Below are positions 7,891 to 15,484 of a stretch of DNA of 32,000 bases, piece after piece; the stretch's first letter is position 1; the number at the start of each line of letters is the position of its first letter. Made by a program: the position numbers and the translations under genes. Source of the DNA: Nostoc punctiforme PCC 73102 (lineage in GTDB: Bacteria; Cyanobacteriota; Cyanobacteriia; Cyanobacteriales; Nostocaceae); NCBI RefSeq assembly GCF_000020025.1, contig NC_010628.1, forward strand, positions 5,550,001-5,582,000. The letters run 5' to 3'. The notes below the pieces were generated by a model, which was not told the origin of the DNA, searched no databases, and saw nothing but the letters and a program-made list of their open reading frames with translations.

Positions 7891-10800
7891 CTAATCGCTA
7901 AGTATTCCAGCATTGTCCAGATTTGGATGTATTAGCTGCTCTACCTCGGCAGCTTTTTCACTCAAATCAAGCTCTCTGTAAATTTGCAGACTTTCAGTTA
8001 AAAACTGTATAGCAGTTGCCTCAATATCTGATTGATGATGCTCAGAGCGGCTCAGGTAGATTTCGCCCAAGAGTTTACGAGATGAAGCTTCTAGTTTCCG
8101 GCGATTATATTCTTGAAAAACTTGGAGTGATTCTTGGGCTAGTTCTTCGGCTCGCTCAATATTTTTTAATACGCTGATTTCCAGATAAGCACGAGCGATA
8201 TCAAGAGCTTCATCGGCTCGATTTAATGTTTGCCCAAGTTCGGCAAGATATGTTAAGCCAGTATTATAATATTCTTCAAATTGGGCAATTTCTTTTTGCA
8301 GTAATGAGTCGTCAAAAGATGATATGCGTATGCGTTCTGACCAAATTAAGCTAAAGATAATGTAGTCGTAAGCAAGATTTTCTTTATAGTCTCCTGTGCT
8401 ATTTATTTGAATGGCTTGAAGGATATTTTGTTCAGCTTGCGCCAGTAATTCAAAAGCTACTGCTCTATCTGAGGTATTCTTTGCTAGCAAGCGTTGATTA
8501 TCACCAATTGCTCTATGACATTTAGCTACATCCTGAGTTAAATCTAGTTGCTGGTACAAGTTGTAACTGTACTGAAAATACTCTAATGCCTGCTCATACT
8601 TATCCCAGACTCTATAAATGCGTCCTAGCCAATAATAAGCATTAGCTATTTCGGGTTGGTTATCTAGCGATTGATGTAGCAAAAGATATTGTTTTTGATA
8701 TTCAACTGCCTGTTCATATTTACCCCAATTCAGGTAGCAATAAGCTAACCAGTCCCATTGATTAGCTACATTTTTGTCTTGACCCAATTGCTCATAGAGG
8801 TCGCGGCTTTGTTGGAAATAAGTGATCGCTTTTTCATATTTTCCCCAAGTTTGATAGATGCGACCTAATTGATGGTAAGTCACAGCTATCAATGATGTGT
8901 CATTTAATGTCTGACGTATGATCAAACATTGCTGTTGACACTCTAATGCCTGTTCATATTTGCCCCAGTTGCTATAACAATCAGCTAGCCAGTACCATAA
9001 GTTAGCGACATCCTTCTCTTTGCCCAATTGCTCATAGAGATCATAGCTTTGTTGAAAATAGGCGATCGCTTGTTCATATTTGCCCCAAGCTTGATGAATC
9101 GAGCCTAGTTGAAAGTAGGCACTAGCTATACCTGCTTGGTCTTCTAACTTTTGACGTTGTGCCAAGCACTTTTGCCCACACTCCAGTGCTTGTTCATATT
9201 TATCCCATTCTCGGTAGCATCCAGCCAAGTTGTACCACTGGCTAGCTACATTCTTCTCTAAACCTAATTGCTCATAGCGTTCACGGCTTTGTTGAAAGTA
9301 GGGGATCGCTTGTTCATATTTACCCCAAGCTTGATAAATTCGACCTAGTTGATTGTAGCCATCCGCTATATTTGTTTGGTCATCCAGTTGTTGACGGCTT
9401 GCTAAATCTTTGAGTTCATATTCGACTGCCTGCTGATATTTGCCCCAATCCCGATAGCAACTAGCCAGCCGATACCATAGATCAGCTACATTCTTTTCTT
9501 TACCCAATTGCTCATAGAGGTTACGGCTTTGTTGAAAATAGGCGATTGCTTGTTTGTATTTGCCCCAAGCTTGATGAATCGAGCCTAATTGAAAGTAGGC
9601 ACTAGCTATATCTGGTTCGTCTTCTAACTTTTGATATTGTGCCAAGCACTTTTGCCCACACTCAAGTGCTTGCTCGTATTTTCCCCATTCTCGGTAGCAC
9701 CTAGCTAAGTTGTAGCACTGATTAGCTACATCCTTCTCTTTGCCCAATTGCTCATAGAGGTCACGGCTTTGTTGGAAATAGGTGATCGCTTGTTCGTATT
9801 TGCCCCATACTTGATAGATACGTCCTAACTGATGATGAGCAAGAGCTATTCTTATTTGGTCATCTATCTGTTGGCGAATTGCCAAATCCTTTTGCTCACA
9901 CTCTACGGCTTGCTGATATTTACCCCAATCACGATAGCAATCAGCTAGCCAATACAACTGGTTAGCCATATCTTTCTTTTTACCCAATTGTTCATAGAGG
10001 TCACGACTTTGTTGGAAGTAAACGATCGCTTGTTCATATTTTCCCCATGCTTGATAGATGTAGCCTAAGTGAAAATACGCCAAAGCCACTTGTGATTGGT
10101 CTTCTAACTTTTGGCAAATTTCTAAATCCTTGAGTTCGCAATGGAGTGCCTGTTCATATTTACCCCAATCGCGATAGCACCCAGCTAGGTTGTACCACTG
10201 ATTAGCCACATCTTGCTCTTTGCCCAATTGCTTATAAAGGTCATGGCTTTCTTGGTGGTAGGCGATCGCTTGTTCATATTTGCCCCACTCTTGATAAGTT
10301 CTACCTATATTCCATAAATCACTTGCTTCATCTTCTGGCTTACGAAGCTCTCTGTCTATAGCTAACGCCTGCTGGAAGCATTCTAGTGACTGCTCGTATT
10401 TGGTGTGTAAGCGATGACAAATACCTCGATTTCTCCAAAACAACAGAAAAGCAGATGGATGAATATATAAAGCTAGTTTTTCAAAGCATTCCTGATAGTA
10501 GTCAATTGCTTTATCAAATTTATCTTGTTCCTGATAACAAGTTGCAATTGACCAAGCTATGTAAGCACTGTGCCTGAAATTTGGCTGAACATCGATTTTT
10601 TCTAATAGCTCAACAGCTTTTGTATATTTATCTGTACGAATATAAGATATTGCGGTGAGTAAGTTTAATGCCCTTTGAGAGTCCTGATCGCCAACATAAT
10701 TTTCCACACTATTTTCTAAAGCAGGTGTCATTTCTTCACCTAGTTCTTTAACCAATTCTCTAAGACGACAAAATATATTAGGCTCTAGCTGATTAACAAT

Positions 10801-13338
10801 ATCAATGGTACAACTAACTAATCCTGCCCCTGCTTCACCACAAGCAACATAAAGAATAGCTGTCTGTGCTTTTACCCGTATTTCTTCAGCAAGTGTTGAG
10901 TCATTAGCAAATTCTTTCAGTCTTACCAGAACCTCACCTTTCTGGTTAAATAGTTCAATTTGGCGTAACAGCCTTAACAGTTGTTTAGTTGTATCATCCT
11001 CAAAATCTGTATCTAAAACAAGATAACTAATAACTAATTTTTGAATTAGCTTTTTGCGACGACTGCTATTTAGCTCAACTTGAGTTAAAACCTCACCAGC
11101 AAATAATAAATCTTTCAACCGTAATTCCGACTGCTTACAGTTAGTAGTTGATTCTTCTTGCAAATCTGACCAGATGATAATTGCATCCTGGGAAGATGCA
11201 TTTTTTATTTTTAACTTACCACCTTTAATTACAGGTTCATAAGCCTCAAGGTTACTGAAAAGCTGCTCAACCAGCTTATTAGCCTGTTTCGGAGAATAAA
11301 TTCCGTAATAGCCTAAAGCTAGTAGAATTGGCTCATTCCAACGCGGCTCATGCAAATGTTTACGGATAATTGCTAAAATATCGCTTACTTCATTGTCAGC
11401 AATATAACGTGCAGCAAAATACTCCTCAAACGTCAGGTGCATAAAGCCGTAGACTCCAGGCGCACGTTCCACAAATAGACCTGTGGTTTCCCGCACTTTT
11501 CGTAAAAACTCCTGCACGGCAAGCCGCACTGAGTCTGATTCTAGATTAGTATCATTTAGTTCTGCTAGTTTTGCTGCTAACTGTTGTTCAACTTCTTCCT
11601 CAGTGACTAAACCAGAGGGCTTCTCCTCATGCATCCAGTAAGCCAGTGGTGCTAAAAATGCCACTACTTCATTTTGGTTCAGCAGCACTTTCGGAGCATC
11701 TGGCAACTTCTTACCTAGCTGCCAATCTTCCGTCAAGGTTTGTACTGCCAATTCATAAAGTTTCACCCGACGGTTAGGTAGGCGTTCACCATTGCGGTGA
11801 ATCAATGCCAAAATTGTCAACAGTAAAGGGTTCGCTGTCAAGCGCTTTACACCCTCATTGTCTTTAATTGCCTCTAAAATCTTCCTTGCTTGGTCATCTC
11901 CTGCTCTTTGCCATTGTGCCTCACTAGCTTCTGGCTGCTGCGCTCGTTCTATCGCCAAACACCAGCGTTCCAAGAATTTTTCTACCTGTTCGCTACCCAT
12001 ATCTTCAACAGTGAACTCAGCAAAACGGCTGCTCAGTTTCACATCGCGGTAGCCAGCTATGCGGCTGGTAATGACAAACTTATTATTAGAGAAAGCATTC
12101 ACAAACTGATCAATTCTTTCCACAATCAGCCTGCGGCTTTCTTGTTCAAATACCTCATCTAGACCATCCAGCAGCATTAAGCACTGCCCTTGACGCATTT
12201 TTTCTAATAGTAGCGTCGCCATCTCAGTTCCCGCTTCTGCTTCATCTTGAAAGTAAGCTTCCCACTGGCGGTAGAATTGGCGCAGATAGTCCAGCAGTCT
12301 TAACTCTGGTTCTTGTTGCAGTCGTTCTGCATAATCGGCAATACGAAAGAAAATTGGCAACAGAGCTTTACCCAATTCTTCTTGGGGTTCACCACCTATT
12401 ACTATTTCATTGCCATCACGTTTCGCTGTGGCAAAATGTAGCGCTAGATAACGCAGTAACGTTGTCTTTCCCGCACCTGGAGCGCCGAGAATCACACAGT
12501 ATTGATTCTCCCGCACTGCATGAGATAAATCAATTCTCTGTGTTACTGTTTTGGTGCTAGTAGTGGGTATTGAACTTAGTAAAACTGGTTCGTAATAAGA
12601 AGGTTCGTCTAAATCGTAGGGACTAGAGATGTTCATGCTAAACCTATGTTCAGCTTTGCGAAATGTAGTCATCTCTTGGTCTAGTTTCGACGTTTCTGTA
12701 ATCTGCTGTCGCCTTACTGCTTGCAGTGAAACATAAATTTGATCCAAAAAAATATCTACTTGGCGCTGGACTTGCATCACACCGCTAATTTTGAGATAGG
12801 AATTCTCAGCTATCAACCACTCCAGATAAGGATAAAACAGAGGATTTACAGGTGGACGTGCCTCAAATTTCACTAACTTACCTCGCCAATCCCAGAAATC
12901 AGGCGCACGGTTACGAAATTCTTCTAAAAATTCCTCTTTATTTAGCCAAAAAATTATGACTAATTCCCGACCAAATAGCGAATCTCTCCCTAAATTCAAC
13001 TGCTTCATCTCTTGTTTTAGGCGTGATGTTGGCAGTTGGTCAATTCCAAACGCCATTATCAATTTGCGTTTAGTTTGAGGATTATGCAGCCCAGTTTCAT
13101 CTAAACTGTAGAGAAAGTTATACAGTGAGTTATCACTATAAAAGAAGTTCTGAGGTTCCTGAAAAGTATGATCGCTATGAGATAAAAGTAACTTGATTTC
13201 CTCGACTACCGGATGCTGTGGCCCACTCTCCGGTGCAATAGCAAAAATTGTCGTTGTTCCACTAGATAGTTCTAAGAAACTAACTAGTTTATTTAGCTCT
13301 GTTGCGTCATTTGCACTTATAGATTCGTTAGAAGCCAT
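7891..13338 (-). CDS. NACHT-family STAND NTPase with C-terminal TPR array (1815 aa, NLR-like)
   Basis: Walker A ILGAPGAGKTTLLRYLA (aa 283-299; G285 at nt 12486). Walker B CLMLLDGLDEV (aa 386-396). NACHT-typical LTANPLLLTILALIH. At least 15 repeats of 40 aa (WGKYEQAI.YFQQSRDLYEQLGKEKDVANQWYNLA.CYR). N-terminal ~160 aa are unassigned. Confidence 0.9.
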   Translation of the reverse strand: MASNESISANDATELNKLVSFLELSSGTTTIFAIAPESGPQHPVVEEIKLLLSHSDHTFQEPQNFFYSDNSLYNFLYSLDETGLHNPQTKRKLIMAFGIDQLPTSRLKQEMKQLNLGRDSLFGRELVIIFWLNKEEFLEEFRNRAPDFWDWRGKLVKFEARPPVNPLFYPYLEWLIAENSYLKISGVMQVQRQVDIFLDQIYVSLQAVRRQQITETSKLDQEMTTFRKAEHRFSMNISSPYDLDEPSYYEPVLLSSIPTTSTKTVTQRIDLSHAVRENQYCVILGAPGAGKTTLLRYLALHFATAKRDGNEIVIGGEPQEELGKALLPIFFRIADYAERLQQEPELRLLDYLRQFYRQWEAYFQDEAEAGTEMATLLLEKMRQGQCLMLLDGLDEVFEQESRRLIVERIDQFVNAFSNNKFVITSRIAGYRDVKLSSRFAEFTVEDMGSEQVEKFLERWCLAIERAQQPEASEAQWQRAGDDQARKILEAIKDNEGVKRLTANPLLLTILALIHRNGERLPNRRVKLYELAVQTLTEDWQLGKKLPDAPKVLLNQNEVVAFLAPLAYWMHEEKPSGLVTEEEVEQQLAAKLAELNDTNLESDSVRLAVQEFLRKVRETTGLFVERAPGVYGFMHLTFEEYFAARYIADNEVSDILAIIRKHLHEPRWNEPILLALGYYGIYSPKQANKLVEQLFSNLEAYEPVIKGGKLKIKNASSQDAIIIWSDLQEESTTNCKQSELRLKDLLFAGEVLTQVELNSSRRKKLIQKLVISYLVLDTDFEDDTTKQLLRLLRQIELFNQKGEVLVRLKEFANDSTLAEEIRVKAQTAILYVACGEAGAGLVSCTIDIVNQLEPNIFCRLRELVKELGEEMTPALENSVENYVGDQDSQRALNLLTAISYIRTDKYTKAVELLEKIDVQPNFRHSAYIAWSIATCYQEQDKFDKAIDYYQECFEKLALYIHPSAFLLFWRNRGICHRLHTKYEQSLECFQQALAIDRELRKPEDEASDLWNIGRTYQEWGKYEQAIAYHQESHDLYKQLGKEQDVANQWYNLAGCYRDWGKYEQALHCELKDLEICQKLEDQSQVALAYFHLGYIYQAWGKYEQAIVYFQQSRDLYEQLGKKKDMANQLYWLADCYRDWGKYQQAVECEQKDLAIRQQIDDQIRIALAHHQLGRIYQVWGKYEQAITYFQQSRDLYEQLGKEKDVANQCYNLARCYREWGKYEQALECGQKCLAQYQKLEDEPDIASAYFQLGSIHQAWGKYKQAIAYFQQSRNLYEQLGKEKNVADLWYRLASCYRDWGKYQQAVEYELKDLASRQQLDDQTNIADGYNQLGRIYQAWGKYEQAIPYFQQSRERYEQLGLEKNVASQWYNLAGCYREWDKYEQALECGQKCLAQRQKLEDQAGIASAYFQLGSIHQAWGKYEQAIAYFQQSYDLYEQLGKEKDVANLWYWLADCYSNWGKYEQALECQQQCLIIRQTLNDTSLIAVTYHQLGRIYQTWGKYEKAITYFQQSRDLYEQLGQDKNVANQWDWLAYCYLNWGKYEQAVEYQKQYLLLHQSLDNQPEIANAYYWLGRIYRVWDKYEQALEYFQYSYNLYQQLDLTQDVAKCHRAIGDNQRLLAKNTSDRAVAFELLAQAEQNILQAIQINSTGDYKENLAYDYIIFSLIWSERIRISSFDDSLLQKEIAQFEEYYNTGLTYLAELGQTLNRADEALDIARAYLEISVLKNIERAEELAQESLQVFQEYNRRKLEASSRKLLGEIYLSRSEHHQSDIEATAIQFLTESLQIYRELDLSEKAAEVEQLIHPNLDNAGILSD
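8560..10440. repeat. Intragenic tandem repeat, 120-nt unit (240-nt A/B super-repeat), encoding the 40-aa TPR units
   Basis: The c/tCCCA motif (antisense of the Trp-Gly/Asp codons of WGKY/WDKY) recurs at 8603 + 120n up to 10283. That is 15 units with no indel. Long stretches are near-identical (e.g. tgttcatatttgccccaagcttgat at 9071, 9311, 9551). Alternate units carry HIP1 or near-HIP1 (gcgatcgc). Confidence 0.95.
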
Positions 13339-13377
13339 TTTTATTGATGAATAACTGCTGATTGCAAGAGAAAAAAG

Positions 13378-14679
13378 CTATTTTTGGGGAGAGTTAGCAG
13401 CTTGCCAACGCTGTAAATCTTCTAATAGAATAGGGTTCACATCAAACCAGGATTTTTTACTGCCATTGTAATAACCTAATACAAATTTATTTTGCAAAAG
13501 CTCATCACAAATCACAAACTGACCTTTGTTAGGCAAACTATGGGTATTAGTAGTTAAACAACCTGTGCGGTGAACTTTATCTAGTTCAGGGAAATGGTAA
13601 TCGCTTAAGTTGTATTCTCTACGAACTTCTTGCACAGCCTCTTTAGCAACATCTAAGTCTACATATATCAAATCTAGCCTTAAAGAAACTTCACAAGCTG
13701 TACGAGCTAGTCGCACCAAGTCACGCATCACACCGCCACTTTTTTCCATAATTAGTTCTAGGGCATCTGGATTAAATAAACCCTTATAAGCAACACCCAA
13801 ACTTGCTAAACGCTTATTAATTACACTATTCAGAATGTCTCTACCAACTTGATTAGGGATTGTAGTAGGACATAAATTTTCATCGCACTCAAATACTGGT
13901 GGATTAGTTAAATCTAAACATTTTTGAAAGCTTTCCATTGGTTGACGAAAACTCGGAGAATACCTGAGTGAAATCGGGATCGCATATATAATATGGCAAC
14001 TTAGCTGAGTCAGCAATGGACTAGCGAACATTTCCAAAGCTGTAACTTGATCGTGTCGGTCAAGACCATCTACAATCACCAGTAACTTCTGCTTATTTCT
14101 TTTTTCGGCAGCTTCTATGATGGCGTTAACTCGCTCAATGATTTTACTAAGCTGCGGACGAATATTGTAAGTTTTAGTAACTTTTCGAGTTACACCTTGC
14201 TTAAGAATTACACCTAGTTTTTTGATAATTTCTGGAACTTCAAGACCAGTGTTTTCAGCGTCTTCATCTTGATAAACTACAGTTTTTAAACTTTCGAGTA
14301 AATCATTTAATAAATCGTCTTTTAAACCCCATTCTTGTTGAATAACTTTTTCAAAAATTTTAATTCCAATTAGTACTACAACCTCAGCATAGCCGATGTT
14401 ATATTGTTCTAGAGCAGTGACAGTATCAATCCAAATTACTGTATACTTGCTGTTCAGATTTTGTTCTAATCGCCGCAATTCTGTGGTTTTGCCACCACCT
14501 CTGTGACCTGCTAATAAAAATTTAGCTGGGTCGTCTTCCATATCCAAAAAAGTGATTAAATTCTCTACAGGACTATTAGCTCGCTGGACATAAAAATTTT
14601 TCAGGTCTTCAGCTGTAGTCAGTGGTTCCTCTGGCTTAAAAAGCTGGTAAGCAGGCTTCCAAAAACTGGTATTACTCAT
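13378..14679 (-). CDS. P-loop ATPase, ORC/Cdc6-like AAA+ (433 aa)
   Basis: Walker A LLAGHRGGGKTTELRRL. Walker B KLLVIVDGLDRHD. Lid/sensor-2-like SGGVMRDLVRLARTA. Stop is 39 nt upstream of the NACHT gene start on the same strand. Confidence 0.8.
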   Translation of the reverse strand: MSNTSFWKPAYQLFKPEEPLTTAEDLKNFYVQRANSPVENLITFLDMEDDPAKFLLAGHRGGGKTTELRRLEQNLNSKYTVIWIDTVTALEQYNIGYAEVVVLIGIKIFEKVIQQEWGLKDDLLNDLLESLKTVVYQDEDAENTGLEVPEIIKKLGVILKQGVTRKVTKTYNIRPQLSKIIERVNAIIEAAEKRNKQKLLVIVDGLDRHDQVTALEMFASPLLTQLSCHIIYAIPISLRYSPSFRQPMESFQKCLDLTNPPVFECDENLCPTTIPNQVGRDILNSVINKRLASLGVAYKGLFNPDALELIMEKSGGVMRDLVRLARTACEVSLRLDLIYVDLDVAKEAVQEVRREYNLSDYHFPELDKVHRTGCLTTNTHSLPNKGQFVICDELLQNKFVLGYYNGSKKSWFDVNPILLEDLQRWQAANSPQK

Positions 14680-14900
14680 GGTAAGAAATCTTAGTTTATC
14701 TCAGTATAACTGGGTAATTTCCCTCTGTAGATTGCTAGAAGTGAAAAACTTTATACCGTAGTCCTAAACAAGACTTTATCTTACTTTGATCGCAGATAAA
14801 TTCTTGGTGTGCGATCGCTTGTTTATATAACTTGATTAGCTGTGTAGATTTATAGACAAAAAGTTGCTTACCATTCGTCTAGCGGCTCGTTGCCAAATAT

Positions 14901-14983
14901 TGTATATGCACAAATATACAAACATTAATAATCCTTAATAGTTAATACTATTAAGGATTGTTAATATGAGCAAAAACTGCTCA
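14901..14983 (-). other. Cluster of three hairpin-forming palindromes just downstream of the RHH gene
   Basis: tgtatat-gcacaa-atataca (14901-14920). A 19-bp stem at 14924-14942/14947-14965 with one T-G pair and a 4-nt loop. tgagca-aaaac-tgctca (14967-14983). Confidence 0.6.
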
Positions 14984-14999
14984 CAAACCTGATTTTTCC

Positions 15000-15479
15000 T
15001 TAAAAATCATCGAGAAACTGACTAAGGCGACTGATTACGGGGTCAACCTCTTGAGGAGGGGTAGCAACAGTATAAGAAGTATTATTTACTACTTCTAATT
15101 GAGTTGGAGACGGAACGAACGAGCGATCGTTGACTATGAGCGCTAGTTGTGCAACTTGTTGAGAAAGTTGCAGTAGATGATGTTCCATCGCCTCCAAACG
15201 ATTAGATCCCTTGGCAAAAAAGCGTTCCTCAAGTCCAGCCACTTGACGTTGCAGTTCACCGATTTGTTGTTCAACCGGTGTTGTTGCTGCTGTTTGTGGA
15301 GCAGGTTGTACAGATTCCGGTACACATAAAGATTGCCACAAGGCTTCTTTACAGAGGTCGCTGAAAGTCTTGTCTGGTTGTTTTTCCAAATAACTTTCTA
15401 CTTGCGCTAACAAGCTTTCATCAGCAAGCTCTGGGTTGAACGTGACGGATTTAACTACCTTTTTTGACCATTGGAACAT
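15000..15479 (-). CDS. ParR-like adaptor candidate: N-terminal ribbon-helix-helix-like segment, central coiled coil, acidic/hydrophobic C-terminal tail (159 aa)
   Basis: KSVTFNPELADESLLAQVESYLEK...TFSDLCKEALWQSL fits a strand-helix-helix pattern. Heptad region IGELQRQVAGLEERF...LLQLSQQVAQLALI. Tail DPVISRLSQFLDDF. Starts 5 nt after the stop of the ParM-like gene. Confidence 0.55.
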   Translation of the reverse strand: MFQWSKKVVKSVTFNPELADESLLAQVESYLEKQPDKTFSDLCKEALWQSLCVPESVQPAPQTAATTPVEQQIGELQRQVAGLEERFFAKGSNRLEAMEHHLLQLSQQVAQLALIVNDRSFVPSPTQLEVVNNTSYTVATPPQEVDPVISRLSQFLDDF

Positions 15480-15484
15480 CAGCT

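Noticed and set aside
8560-10440. The regular 120-nt periodicity could superficially suggest a CRISPR-like or satellite array.
   Set aside because: It lies entirely inside one uninterrupted 1815-codon ORF and translates to 40-aa TPR units. There is no repeat-spacer structure and no cas genes.
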